A stretch of 64,000 nt of DNA from Macrostomum hystrix. Taxonomy: Eukaryota > Animalia > Platyhelminthes. Positions 20,984 to 34,670 of this stretch are shown here, piece by piece; positions within the stretch are counted from its first letter, which is position 1; each line of letters begins with the position of its first letter. Location: assembly GCA_950097015.1 (NCBI GenBank), contig CATNEN010000001.1, forward strand, positions 19,964,001-20,028,000. The letters are read 5' to 3'. Under the pieces are notes generated by a model, which was not told the DNA's origin, did not search any database, and saw only the letters and a program-made list of their open reading frames with translations. A program made the position numbers and the translations under genes.

Positions 20984-23900
20984 ATGCCAAAACGATATCA
21001 TCTGACAAGGAAGTTAGAAGTGCACCAGGCAAGAAAAAGAACTGTTCTAGTGCCTTGGACAGATTCTCTCCAAGTGCCAAGGTATGTAGTAATTAAGTAT
21101 TTTTTATCACACATGTAGATAAGTTTTCTTTGTGCACAAGTTTCTTCTAGCACAATCACACACAACTATGATTATATCACTGTTACAATAATTTTCTTTC
21201 TAGAAATTTTATTTGTGCATTTACGAGGGCAAGCATTTTTAAATTTTCAACTACTGGATTACTTGACTTTTTCAGTTCTTCGGGTGCTGTTGATTCGCAT
21301 GTGGCAGATGGATCTTCTATGACCCCAGAGGACATCAGCGAACCAGAGCCCAGTAGATACGACATCCGTCGCGACAAGGAGGAGGCAGGATGGTTAGGCT
21401 TGTCGAGGGAACTTGAGAACGGTTTTGCAAGCTATTTCTCTCACTTATCTCCTGCCTGCTCCATCTGTGGGAAAACAACGGAAGTGTTCCGCTGCGAGAA
21501 ATGTCATCTTCTGGAGGTCTGCGATAATTGTCTGAAGACAGCTCATTCCCACAATCCACCGCATGTAGTGCGGAAGTGGACCGTAAGTTGCTTTTGTGTC
21601 TGTTTCAAATGTACATGATGTGTCGAGCAATTTTACTTTTATTGGGCTCCTTACTACTCTAGGGTCATCGTTTTGAGACAATTATTGCTCCCGTGCGTCT
21701 GTCCAGGCGCAAGCTATGTACTTGCTCAATTGTTACTGTCCAACCTGTAACTGCAGTGAATGAAGAAGGTATGGGACTTTTCAATGTTTATTTTTCCTAC
21801 GAAATGGCTTTCTCCTACTATTTTGCTAATTATGTGTAGCAGAAAAAACATGTATATTGGCGCAACCTTGGGAATCACCTAGGTTGTGATTAGGTAACTA
21901 TTATGTAGGTAATAATCATCTAATTGGTTACGCAAGTTAATGTCGCTATTCGTCGCTATTGGACGAAATAGCATCACGCGATGCCTCTGAATCGATAGCG
22001 ATGTACCATTTTCAAGGTCGGTCAGGTGGATCCAAAAGTTACGCATCTAAAAGACAGATGAATAAACTTAACTAAAGGGTACTACCAAGAACTAAAAGCG
22101 ATGTATCCAGTTACGTTTTTTAGGCAATCTTTCAATGATCGGTACATTTTTCAGGTGAAGATATTCCGCTTACAGTTGAGGAATGCGCTTGCATTAGCTT
22201 TGTCGACAATCTGCTGTCCCATGGCTTTTGGCCAACAAAGCCATTCTCGGATAACTCCAGAGAAGTCGTTGCGATACACTTCAACGTTATTCTCGCCCTG
22301 GACAGCATTTCATCTCGATGCACTGCGTCTCTTTCGTCGCTGTGCAGTGCCATGAGGCACACCAAGAGTTCTATCTGGCTCGGCTCACCGACACGAGTAA
22401 TCACTTGTTTTTAATGAGAAATCAATATAGATGGTTACTTTATATTAATATATATATATATTTGACTGGCGTTACAGAAAAGAAAAAAAGTATTATAATT
22501 TCGCATACTTTAGATCTCTTAATTTTAAGTTACTGTAGATTATATTAGATAGACTGTACAATTTTTTTGTATTTCAGATTAATTTATTCCGCGCGTTGAA
22601 TACATCTGGAAGCTTTCGCGCATTCCGACGAATGTTGCAGCAGATTCGCTGGGACAAATATGCCTCATGTCCATCCTGTTACACGGTATGTGCGTTTAAA
22701 AAAGTTGCTTGTATACGTTTCTTTTTTCAGCTCCTAAAGTTATGATCATGTTCTCTCTTGTTATCACAGGAGCCGCTGACAGTTTCGGCGCCAGTAGCAG
22801 CAGTCACAGCTAAGTCCACGAGCGTCGAAATGTTAGAAGCCCCAACATTTTTAATGCTTGACGCCTGCTTTGGGTTTCGACACCGCAGCCTGGCTGGCAA
22901 AGCGTCTCCTCCTCCTGCCTCAGGGTTTTTCGTTGACGTCGACCTTGGCACTCCACAGGAGCCGAGCGAGTCGCATTGCCCGAACTGGAAGGCGGGGGGT
23001 CGCGGTCAGGATCTCGCTACCGCATCAGACAGGCGAAAGTTGGATGTGTTTGGGCTATTCTGCGGCTCCTGTAGACACTCATCGGTCGTCTATTTGGCTG
23101 ACGTGACTACACCTGGAGAAAGGTCTTGTTTTTCCTTTGTGCAAATTATTTATGTAAATAATGGTCATGTTTAAGATAAATTAGTGTCGAAATAATCCGA
23201 GTGAGAGTCTCGAGTAAGTAACAAATCCAAGAGATGCAGCTGGGATATTTAAAAGTATGCTACTTTAAGTAATTCAATTAATTTTTCCATATGCGTAAAC
23301 ACTAACTCGTCAATTAGACGACTAATGAAATTTAAAGTTTTACCTTTTTATCTAGACTCGCTTACTCGAAGGCTATGGTGACGAAAGCCTTGGAAAAGAC
23401 TCACCCGGATCAAAAACTCGTTGTTTCATACGACATCGGGTGCAAGCTGGCCGGCCACTTCAGCGATCCTCGGGTCAGCTTTGTTATTCCGGCCTTCCAC
23501 GCCTATGGTCATCAGGAGGCCTGCCAGACAAAGTTCGGGATTCGAAATAAAACTGGAGTTGGTCTCACTGACGGGGAAAGCTGCGAGCGTCTTTGGTCCA
23601 TGTCTCGTCGCTTTGGCCCACAGCTCAAGGAGATGACTCATGTGAACAGACGCGAATTTCTAAACAATTGGGCGAATTCAGTCAACTTCGACGTTATTAT
23701 CACTATAAGTAAATCGGTTATATTTAATAATACGTACACCTTGCCTTTTAAGCATTTTCTGGGCAGATTAGGTCATTTTTAATCCAATTTCTTCTGCCTG
23801 CTTACGAGTGTATAGCGATATAATAATATTTTAGATTACCAGCTAGTTGTTAAAGGGAAAGTATTTTCTTTCGATTTTTATCCTGACATGGTTTAAGATA

Positions 23901-25939
23901 GCACCAGATAATTTTTTGTATGTAATCCACTTTGCCTGTTTGTCGTGTCTATCTCGCTTGTGTTAAGCTAGCTTAGTTACTCTGTATTATACATACTCAG
24001 AAAAGACAGTCTTATTGCGACCGTTAAAAAGACTGATTAATACGCTGAGAAGAGATCCGTTGGGCTCATAGGACTCACAGGCCGTGGATTTCATGCCCAA
24101 TATTTCTGTATCATTGTCGCATAATTTTCTGAGATATTTTATCTAGATATCTGGATAACACCCCTAATTTCGTCTCTCCCGTATTTTCGAATAGCGTAGT
24201 TTCCATTATCAGAACTGCACCAGTTCAGTACAGCAGTCGTCTGAATTTCATGAATCCCACTAGTAAGTTCCTCGCATTCTACGATAGACACAGATAGCGG
24301 TCAACCAAGGCATGGACCGTTCGCGCTTCAATCAGGTCAAGTGTCTAGTAACCGTCACGATATGTGAGATGCTTAATAATGAAAGTTTTTTGCTTGAAAA
24401 CCCGCATTAGAAAAAAATGAAATATGTCGTGCCTACGCTTATAACGCTGAGGCGTTGGTTAGAGAATTTTCGAGATGATTAACTCGTCTACTCTAACCAC
24501 TATATATCCTATCCCCCAGGTTCCTGGCTGCATCATCGTAGCAAGGTCGAGACGAAAAGCTTGCATCGCTTTCAATCAGAAGTCCGCCGATTCTGCTTGG
24601 CTACGGGCATGACCTGTGGGTTTTCCGTTAGACTATGTTACATTGTGTGATTATCGCTTTTCACCCACTGGGGCTCGAGTCCTCTACGGTATCTATAAAT
24701 GCTCTTATACCGACTCAAAATTAGTTATTGAAATTCAAAATTCAAATTAGTATTTAACTGTAGGAGTGCCAAACCTTTTTAGAGCCGTTTCGACCTTCTG
24801 TCAGAACTCTAGCTAATTAGTAGGTGGTGGATAGGTGAATATTCAGCAGCTCATTTTTTATTTCAGGTGATACTTCCGAGTTTCTAGCAATATGCCGAAC
24901 TTGGCAGCAGGAGCTGTCAAATTTATCTCTAAAAGACGATACTATCAAGCTGACTAGAAGGTCGCCAACCGAGGATGTCCGCTTTAAGCTGCAGCAGTTG
25001 GCCAGTGAGCGGGCATTTCTTATTCGGCATGCAGCAGCAGAAACTGGCCAGAAGCTTAATCGGCTTCTCAATAGAACCCTGAGCAAGTTGACGGCAAAGG
25101 CTCAAGCACTTGTCCGACAGCACAACGCAAGCTCCCCACCAAATGCTGCGATTGATCTGGCATCTATCTGGTCCAACAGCCTAGAAGGCAGTCACCCGGA
25201 TTATGCGCAAAAGCGGCAGGCTGTAAAGCTTCTGCAGCTTCATCTGAGGATTAGCGAGGAGGCAGCTCTGGTGCGCAAGGAAGTGAGGCGCGCGTCCTTT
25301 TTTTTCGCCAACGCGTTGCTTCGAACGCGCACTGAGTTGGATTGCCAAGTTGGCGGCCCCAAGACAACACTACTCCATCTCCGAGCGAGCGGTATCGAAC
25401 AGTTAATTAGACGCCACGCTGCTATGTTTTCCTCTGAGAAGGTTATTTTTACGTCACTGCTGTCCTTGCAGCTTTCTACAGGTAAATCAGGCTGTTTTTT
25501 ATTCATCCGTCAAATTTTGCGTGTCCATTTTCAGCGCCTAGGTCAGCAAGTTAATGTGCGGGTCGCTAATGACAGCAGTCATATATTTTTTATTTGCTCT
25601 GATTCAGTTACGTCGTATCTAAACATATAAAAATTAAAACTGTATCTCCGTGTGTTGTCCCAAATTTATGTATGTATATGTATTTAGAATATCTAATTCT
25701 GCGGAAGAATGGATATGCTGTAGAAGAGATTTTGAATCCCAGAATAATTACAATAATTTCTTTTCTGTGGGTATCAATTCCATAGATTTTAACAGCTAGT
25801 AACCTCAACCTCCTTAACCTCCTTAACGTTCGTACCAATCTTGAATGCTCCATCAGAGACTTCGCGATCGCAACCCGAGGAGTCTTCTGACGAGGATTCC
25901 ATTAATACTACCGACGAAGATGACGAGGAAGATGTGTGA
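20984..25939 (+). CDS. Multi-exon CxC-KDZ transposase (exons ~20984-21081, 21276-21582, 21663-21768, 22156-22396, 22578-22685, 22770-23121, 23356-23708, 24520-24616, 24867-25481; 3' exons to 25939 uncertain)
   Basis: Manual GT-AG splicing keeps frame; Cys cluster CSIC...RCEKC...VCDNC..AH..NPPH...W, GFWP, CPSC, MLDACF, GLFCGSCRH...GER, SYDIGC, IPAFHAYGHQ.ACQ, GLTDGESCERLWS. Confidence 0.88.
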
Positions 25940-26300
25940 CGCATGAAACAGTTACAGGCGCTTTGTCTTCCATGAACACTGCCACTAACTTTTACTGTGT
26001 CCCAACGTATTTCCTGTATTTACTGTATTTCCTCTTCCGTAATGCTTGCTTTAACACTGTTAGCCTCTTTGTTATTAGACAAAATAGCATTGCTGAGAGA
26101 TTAATAGCTTGGACAAGAAGAATAATACTGAGAAGAAACTAGTTGGAGCGTTGCATTTTGTTTTTAATGTAAAAACATGCAGTTTTCTACGGTTTACTCG
26201 TCAATATGTGCTGGTTTTGGTTCGGAAACTTTTTTTATTTCATCGTTTGATAAGTTCATACAAAAGCTAGAGATGCGGTAAGCAGGGATTCTGAAAGTAG

Positions 26301-26427
26301 AGCAGGGATTGAGAGAGTATAGTAGACCTGGGGAAAGCAGGGATTCAGAGAGTATAGTAGACCTGGGGAAAGCAGGGATTCAGAGAGTATAGTAGACCTG
26401 GGGAAAGCAGGGATTCAGAGAGTATAG
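26301..26427. repeat. 35-bp tandem repeat, ~3.6 copies
   Basis: AGCAGGGATTCAGAGAGTATAGTAGACCTGGGGAA at 26301, 26336, 26371, 26406. Confidence 0.9.
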
Positions 26428-26793
26428 ATACTGCCTTAGGCTCAACTAACTTTAACTCAACTAACTAACTCAATTAACTTTAGGCTCAACAACTAACAAT
26501 TAAGGTAGTTATTAGAATGTAGATAGTGCTTTCAGTGAAAAGAGACCAAGATTTGCAAGCAAATAGTCCTTTTGTTGTTCTGGAGGTGATTCGGAAACAA
26601 AATAAACGCTACACACAATAGTTAGCAAATGATGCATTTTACGATTTTGTTCTGAAAAAACGTTTCTGGCAATTTTAACCCAGTGGGATGACTTTTAACA
26701 TGATGCATGTATTATGTTTCTACATATACAGTATAACAAGCTGTACTCATGCACATATATATTCAAATCTTAAACGGTATCCATTCGTACTAC

Positions 26794-26963
26794 TGTCAGT
26801 AGTATATGGCTGTCGTCGGTGTCCCAATAGATTTGAGCACAGTTTATCGAGTCGGATTCGATTGGAAATCAATCTAGAAACAATTTCCTACACGACTGAG
26901 TTGGTTTCATGATTTCAAATGATCTCAACTCGAACTTATTAACCTGGAATGTCACCTAGAAAA
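26794..26963 (+). repeat. Dispersed ~170-bp repeat, copy C (longest)
   Basis: Spans the sequence of both copy A and copy B. Confidence 0.85.
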
Positions 26964-27274
26964 ATTGACGAAATAGATAGGAAATATACACTACAATTGC
27001 GGAAACATTCTTGACGCCGCAGGCTTACTTATTGACCCCGGATTTCGACAGGGATCACTTGTACGTCTATCCCAGAGTACGGGAAATTAAGTCAAGTACA
27101 CCTAATCCGATGTATTTCGACGCGTAAAGTCGAATTTCGACGTCCCTAAGCTTGTTCGAGTCGAAATAAAAGAGTTACAGGCAAATATGTCTGCCTTTTC
27201 CCTCCTAGGCCGTAGTAGACTGGCATTCAATTTTTTATGTTCCAGGAGTAATGTACAGCATCATCCATGCGGAA

Positions 27275-27705
27275 CAGTGGCGGATCCAGGAATTCTGTTT
27301 GGGGGGCGGACTGTCGGGGTACCAATGACATCGCAGATGGGGGGCGCCAATGACATCGCAGATGGGGGGCACCAATGATATCGCAGATGGGGGGCGCCAA
27401 TGACATCGCAGATGGGGGGCGCCAATGACATCGCAGATGGGGGCACCAATGACATCGCAGATGGGGGGCGCCAATGACATCGCAGATGGGGGCACCAATG
27501 ACATCGCAGATGGGGGCACCAATGACATCGCAGATGGGGGCACCAATGACATCGCAGATGGGGGCGCCAATGGCGGGGTAGGCTTTGTCAGGCTTTGGGG
27601 ACCTAGTTGAATCCTTTCCGTAAGGTCGGTGTGGGCGTCGGTGGGGACGCCATAAAGCCCTGACCGAAATTTTAGGGGGCGGCTGCCCCCTCAATCCACC
27701 CTCTG
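27275..27705. mobile_element. Putative hAT-type MITE containing a 24-25 bp tandem array (CCAATGACATCGCAGATGGGGG(G)C(A/G))
   Basis: Ends CAGTGGCGGATCCAGG / CCTCAATCCACCCTCTG resemble imperfect hAT TIRs; ~10 tandem units at 27322-27571; no clean 8-bp TSD. Confidence 0.5.
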
Positions 27706-30169
27706 ATGCTCACGTACAGATCCTTATTACTCGTATAAGTTGGACTGAGCAAAAGATGTGACTGCGGCTGCATCAGTAGGAAGCAGTGCAACTATACAGA
27801 AGATAAAAGTTTGCTTGCTGTCAAAGCCAAACCGCCAAACAATTAAAACGAAGCCCTAAAAATAGTGCAGCGATCCGTTTCAGCGAAAGAAACCATTCAA
27901 CCCATAGAGCCAGAAGATTTACCATTACAGGGCCCGCTCAGCAACGAGGCTTGCGAAGTGCGTGATGCACAGAGGCCATCAGTATAAGGAGCTTCGGCGC
28001 GCCCCAAACTTGATGACACCGGCAGAAAAAATTTCCGCAGGCAAACGATCGCCACAGCCTGCTGAAGTCAACCCCGATCAACGTACATTTACCTGTAGCC
28101 ACTGAAGTTATACATTTGAATCAGACATAGCGAGATGACAGGGACTGCTGGCTGCAGGAAAGTCACTATAACTAAAAATCGGATTTTTTTCTATCCTCAG
28201 TAGCTTTGATATAAATAATATATATAATGCATGCTTTTGACGGTTTATAAAGTTGAGTCAGTCCAAAAGCATGCTTTAACTTAAGTAAATGCATTATTTT
28301 CTTACCGCCTGGAAAGTCCCATTGTCTACTTCGTACGAGCGTATGACTATTTCTCACTTAGATTTGGGAGCAATGTAGTAAAGAACGGCTACAAGTGCAC
28401 CAATGTTTTGACCGAGGGCACTTTTACGATTGGTGAACCATTGACCATTAATTGTCATTACTCCTTTTTAGCGTATTATATAACCCCCCTAAAGGCGGGC
28501 GCCATCACTGCGAGACATTAGTCAGAAGAGAAACACTGCAAGCACATGTTAAAGCGAGCCTCGACCGACAGGCGCCTGGTGATGGAAGTTGGTCAGAGTG
28601 TATACCGATACTGCTCGACGTATATTGATCTGATCACTGAGTATCGCGTCATTGTTTGCACGAAAACAAAAAATATGCGTATTAATCTGTGAGAAACTGA
28701 CGCTAAAATTTCAGCTATTTCCCTGGTTACTTGTTCTAGTGTGGTATTTCGCAATGCAGTTTTTTAACCCTAAGAGACAGATATGCTAGTATAGTGTCTA
28801 GTATAGTGCCTTTAATTTCTTGCTACATTTTGAAGAGAAACCAAATGCTGCAAGTCACATAATAGGTTCATTGGCTAAAACGTTATGATGCAGATATGCA
28901 CCCGCCACGCCGGATTTCCGATCCACGGCGAGCCATTACACAAATACTCTTATATAGACCCATTACGCTTAAAATATTGCATGCAATTTATTATGCAATT
29001 TACATTCAGTGTGCGATGACTTTATATGCCGCTGCCGGTATTAGGAAGTGGCTTCTATCCAGCCGTGTGTATTGTAAGGCTTATTTGCGCGAATTTGGGT
29101 CTCATTAGGCTAACTACATCTACATGTAACCCCTTGCAGCACTGCAGCTCCAGTGCCGTTGACTGCAGCTCAGGCCACATTAGTCGCTAGTCACCTCTTC
29201 AGCTACATGTACATGCACCACCATACAAGTATCTCAACATGGGGTTAGGCGAGAAGAAAAGTATTTTGTCTTCGAATCCAGCAGCTCAGGCATCAATGAC
29301 GCCAGTGTCATGTTACGTGTACATCAGATGCAAAATTAAGTATCCAGACTTGGGAAGTAATTCGTATGCATCCGACACAGTAATTCGGCTAGCCAGGCTC
29401 CATAGTAGCAGTTTTATACATGTATTTTTACTGGCTGCGCCATGTTAGCAGACGACAGGGAGAGTCAGACAACGGAAAGCTAAGAGAGCCGACGGCTGAG
29501 AGGAAGGGCTGACATCTCCGCGCAGCCATTAACTTGCGTTTACAGTAGACAACCCTTTCTAATTACCAACAAGCTGATATAATAAGTCAGCCAGAAATGA
29601 ATGGCCGATGAAAATTTAACATTCATAGATTACCGACGCTTTAAATGTATGTACAGACGTGTACACGGGCATGAAGAGTAAAGCTTTGCGACATAGTTCA
29701 ATACGTTCATAGTTCAATTAGAACTATGCGACAGCATGATGCTCCCGATGTCTATAACATATAATATAGCTATCACAGCCCCTACCCCATAGTCAGCACA
29801 GTGGCAGTCAGCGCTAAAATAAAAGATCAAAACGGACCATTTCAGTTGTAAGACCATAATTTTTATCAAAGGGCGGCTTAGGGAAAAAAATTGCGCCTCC
29901 ATAGTCATCTGACTCAACGCTGGGTATCTATGCAATTCCGGAAGTACTAGTGTGTAATGAATCCACTACAGTGTAGTCTGTGAAGGGCGTATATTTAAAA
30001 TGATGACAATATTTTGTAAACTGATTTACAAATGCGAATGCAGTTTGCACACCTTAAAACAGATGGAACATAAAAACGTTGTTCATTGATTGGTTTACAA
30101 AAGACCCAATAAAAGGCGCATTGGCGTCTTCTTCGTACCTAGCTCAGCGAATTAGCCCCACAACCATTT

Positions 30170-31906
30170 TTAACAAACATACTTGCTGTCACTGCAGCCA
30201 ATACGCACGATCAGACCGCCGCTGCTACCCCCACGACCAACGCGAATAATTTGGCCGCTGCTGCCAACGCGGACTGGCTGGACAACGCCACCGCCATTGC
30301 TGCCGCTGCCCACGCGGACTGGCTGGACAACGCCACCGCCATTGCTGCCGCTGCCCACGCGGACTGGCTGGACAACGCCACCGCCATTGCTGCCGCTGCC
30401 CACGCGGACTGGCTGGACAACGCCACCGCCATTGCTGCCGCTGCCCACGCGGACTGGCTGGACAACGCCACCGCCATTGCTGCCGCTGCCCACGCGGACT
30501 GGCTGGACAAAGCCACTGCCGCTGGGGCCGTGATTGTCATTGGATTGTTCAATTGGATTTATTGAGAACTGTATATTTCTTATACACTCCCAAATGGCTT
30601 GGAGCTGTTCGGCACTTAGCTTCTTAGGGGGTCGGTCGGTCGGTATGCCAGCTGGCCAGTTAATCCAATGCTTCGCATACTTTTGGTACGTGAGCTTTCC
30701 GGCGCCGCCACCTTTAACTAAAAAGGATACAGCGAAAAGTCATGACTCATGAGCAATACTGTCATACTGTGCCATAGCATAATAGACTACTAAAGCTTTA
30801 AGGCTTATAGGCTTATGCTTTTTAAAAATGACGACGGAAAAAATATTTCTACAGAGCACACATTAGAAAATATATTATACTACAACCAAAACATTTTTGT
30901 GCGATGATTGAGTGCACTTACGTAAATTCATGACAAAATTTGCTTAATAATAACCTAATTACGCTACCTCTCAGATTAAAGACAACACTTAATCGTTTGC
31001 AGAACTATTTTTTGTTACACCGTACACCGTGACCGTATGAAATATTTTTGTCCTAATTCTCATCATATTTCTAATTTTATAAATCATTCCGGATGCTTTT
31101 TTAAAAAAAAACTTACCAAAAGCTTTCAAAAGGCTGAAGCTGACCTTTTTTCGGAGGGCGATAGCCGAAAACCGCGTTGTCGAATTTGTTTTTTCAAATA
31201 TTTTCTGTAAGAAAGAAACAAATACTCAGTAAACTTTGTAATTATGCCCACAGAACAAATATTTAAGTGTTTTTGCTAAATGTCACATCTCACTTCAACA
31301 AGCCCAGATTTAATTAGCTCGCCGGCTACATTTGACGTTTCGTACGAAAGAAGTTTGCCGGAAGGCAAACGAATGCAAGCTGACAGGGCGGCGTTTTCAG
31401 TTTCGCAAACTCGCATCTGCGAAAAAAATAATTCACGTATGAAACAGAAAATTTCATGCAATTGGTAACTAGGTGTGGAAATGAATAGATTAATATGCAT
31501 CAATTCTTCAATGATTTACAAATACATGTAACACCAAAGCATAAGGCACTCAGAAAAACTTTCCTACAGTAAATTAGCACCAAGAAAATGAAAATAAGAT
31601 TTCATACAAGCTGCCTGGCCATAAGCTTTATCTGAGTCTGCGAGCATTCGGACACTAAACCATCAGAACGAAGCAGCGCTTTACGCTTCAATTCGACCAA
31701 CTGGTCTGGCCTTAATTGCTTGAAGGCCGTTTTCAGATAATTGATGCGGTCTAAAGATTTTAAGAAAAGCTATTAATTAATAAGCAACTTGCAAATTTAG
31801 CGTCCGACAGTTAAGTACGCATAAAATCACCTGGAAACGAGCCTCTAGTATTTTTATAATTTTCGGCAATGAAAACATTCCACTTCGATGCTTTCCTGAA
31901 GCGCAT
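30170..31906 (-). CDS. Spliced accessory gene of the KDZ element: HMG-box-like N-terminus, WINWPAGIP domain, Gly-rich 15-aa repeats (exons ~31906-31831, 31750-31608, 31416-31294, 31204-31117, 30717-~30183)
   Basis: Canonical GT-AG splicing gives a continuous frame MRFRKASKWNVFIAENYKNTRGSFPDRINYLKTAFKQLRPDQLVELKRKA...KLTYQKYAKHWINWPAGIPTDRPPKKLSAEQLQAIW...(VQPVRVGSGSNGGGV)n. Confidence 0.7.
30255..30525. repeat. 45-bp coding tandem repeat, ~6 copies
   Basis: GCCGCTGCCCACGCGGACTGGCTGGACAACGCCACCGCCATTGCT repeated essentially identically. Confidence 0.95.
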
Positions 31907-32049
31907 CTGAAATGCACATAAAATTGGATAAATATGAGTTGACATTGGTAAGCTTAATTGGTCATTAGAGAAGGTCATTAGGGTAGACAGTACAGAATTG
32001 GTCATTCTCTACGCACAGCTCCACTGTTTCCAAAAAAAACGTCTGACTC

Positions 32050-33020
32050 CCCTGAAGCTCTGCTGTCTTCCCCTGAAGCTCCACTGCCTGCCCTAAACCT
32101 CCGTAGCCTGCCCTGAAGCTCCGCTGTCTATTCCTTAATCTCCGCTGCCTGCCCTAAAGCTCCGTCACCTGCCCTGAAGCTCCGCTGCCTGCCCTGATTC
32201 TCGGCTGCCTACCCTGAAGCTCTGCTGCCTGCCCTGTAGCTCGGCTGCCTGCCATGAAACTCCGCTGTCTATTCCTTAATCTCCGCTGCCTGCCCTAAAG
32301 CTCCGTCGCCTGCCCTGAAGCTCCGCCGCCTGCCCTGAAGCTCTGCTGCCTGCCCTGAAGCTCTGCTGCCTGCCCTGTAGCTCGGCTGCCTGCCCTGAAG
32401 CTCCGCCACCTGCCCTGTAGCTCGGCTGCCTACCCTGAAGCTCCGCCACCTGCCCTGAAGCTCCGCTGCCTGCCCTGAAGCTCGGCTGCCTACCCTGAAG
32501 CTCCGCCACCTGCCCTGTAGCTCCGCTGCCTGCCCTGTAGCTCGGCTGCCTACCCTGAAGCTCTGCTGCCTGCCCTGTAGCTCGGCTGCCTGCCATGAAA
32601 CTCCGCTGTCTATTCCTTAATCTCCGCTGCCTGCCCTAAAGCTCCGTCGCCTGCCCTGAAGCTCCGCCGCCTGCCCTGTAGCTCCGCTGTCTGCCCTGTA
32701 GCTCGGCTGCCTACCCTGAAGCTCCACTGCCTACCCTATAGCTCTGCTGCCTGCCCTGATGCTTGGCTGCCTACCATGAAGCTCCGCCACCTGCCCTGAA
32801 GCTCCGCTGCCTGCCCTGTAGCTTGGCTGCTTACCATGAAGCTCTGCCACCTGCACTGAAGCTCCGCTGCCTGCCCTGTAGCTCTGCTGCCTGCCCTGTA
32901 GCTCGGCTGCCTGCCCTGAAGCTCTGCTGCCTGCCCTGTAGCTCCACTGCCTACCCTATAGCTCTGCTGCCTGCCCTGAAGCTCCGCTCTGAAGCTCCGC
33001 TGCATGCCCTGAAGCCCTGC
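32050..33020 (-). repeat. 21-bp subterminal tandem repeat, long array (~45 units)
   Basis: CTGAAGCTCCGCTGCCTGCC-like units, contiguous with the right TIR. Confidence 0.95.
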
Positions 33021-34257
33021 TGCTTTACACAAAAAGTCCCTATTTTTTTAAGCTTCACTGCCTTTTCTAAACTAAAGCTTTGCTATTGATCCCTAAACTT
33101 AAAAGGGCTCAAATGGGCGGCTAAAGCTCTTACTAAGTAGCTAATTAATAAAAGAAAAGAGCATTATACAAAACTAATATATTAAATATTTTTAAGAATG
33201 AAAAACAGTAGGAATAGCTAGTATAAAAACTTTATAAACCTGCTACTTTATAACTACTTTATAAACCTGAGCTTATAAAAATTTCTAATCTTGAAAATTA
33301 AATAAGTCAATAATTACTTAATTAGTAATAATTATGTACTTAGGCCTAGCTATTAAATAAACTTTTGTATCAATAAGAAACAACATGGCTAATTAATACA
33401 TTGAATATATATTTATATACATTTGCATAAAATCATAAGGCTAAGATTTTTTGTGGGGAAAAACAATAGGCCTATACTATAGCATCTTCTTATATACTAA
33501 AAATGAAATGCTTGGTTACTTTAATAGCTAAAAAGCAAGTATGATATTTTTGAATTAAAAAAGTTCCATAAAACTTGCATTTCTATATCAAATGCCTAAG
33601 AAGTTTGAAACTTTTTAGCTAGGCCTACTACTTTTAGCTAATCGAGTGTCCTGTCCTAGCAATTGTAGCACATGGAAAATTTGGTAAATGGTAGGCCTAA
33701 TGAAACCACAATTCAAAACTTATTTATGGAACATTCCAGTTAAATGGGTTGTATATTTGAATTATAAAAAAGAATCAATTGCAAAGGCTATTTAGTGTTT
33801 TTTATCAAAATAGCTGATAACTTTCTTCATAGAGTGTGTAGACAATTTTACTGATAGGCATGCATCTACCCATTTAGCAACCTGTCAAATACTTGGCAAT
33901 TGGCAATCAACTTTATAGCTAAATATTCTATTTAAAAAGCTGCCATCTTCTACTGCATGATTAGAACATGATTAGCAAATTATTAGAACAATTCTTTCAA
34001 AGCTCTAATTCGTCCCTTTTTACTAATACTACCTAGCTTTAACTGGAAAAATTCCGTTCCTATTTCCCATTATATAAAAAATTCCCTATTTAAAACGCTG
34101 CCATATCTTGAGCCATCGGAAGTGCTGTATCTAAATACATTATAAAGCCTAATTGGCTATAGCGAACATGATCTTTGATCATCGATCATGTTCGCTGAGC
34201 CAAATAGGCGGCGTTACTGTCATGATCGTAAAGGCTCTAAGGCTGTAAACACGGGTG
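32970..34257 (-). repeat. KDZ element right TIR
   Basis: Reverse complement of 19415-20702. Confidence 0.95.
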
Positions 34258-34670
34258 GCGTGCTGCAGGACTATTTAAGCAAGCGCGCTGCGCCGCTCCC
34301 TCTAGGACCCGTTTCCCGGACTTTAACCTCCACATTTACCCTCCCCGACGGACCGGATCTCTCCGTCCGGACCGGATCGACCTCCTTCCACTTAGGGCTT
34401 AGACACTAGAGCTATAAGCTCAGACAAGCGCTCACAGGCTCATTGCCTGCTCCCCATCCATTAGTAGCGCAAGCCACCTCTTTAGGTGAGCCCTCAAATT
34501 GTGCCTTAGAGCTCCACTGGTGTGTTGGCCCCTGCCAGCTCATTTTAGTTTATCCCTTCTCTGCCTCTGCTATTTTTGCCCTACCTGCCCCCGAGAACGA
34601 CGAGACTGCAGCCCGCGGCCAACCGGCACTCAGATAACTAACCCGCGCAGCGGCTCGTAATTATTACTCA

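Larger units (their letters stand above)
19415..34257. mobile_element. KDZ-superfamily (Kyakuja/Dileera/Zisupton) DNA transposon with long TIRs
   Basis: Termini CACCCGTG...CACGGGTG, ~1.29 kb near-identical TIRs, direct repeat GCGTGCT at 19408-19414 and 34258-34264; internal spliced KDZ transposase. Confidence 0.92.

Noticed and set aside
27187-27694. ORFs with (GAPICDVI)n repeats
   Set aside because: Tandem 24/25-bp units shift frame repeatedly; non-coding array in a MITE-like element
30183-30565. Plus-strand ORFs (PTRTGWTTPPPLL / AAAHADWLDNATAI repeats) and the minus-strand Ala-rich frame
   Set aside because: Artefacts of a stop-free 45-bp repeat; only the Gly-rich minus frame connects to upstream spliced exons
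32276-33089. ORFs of (AELQGRQ)n type, also 20654-20884
   Set aside because: Translations of the 21-bp subterminal satellite, open in several frames; no coding evidence
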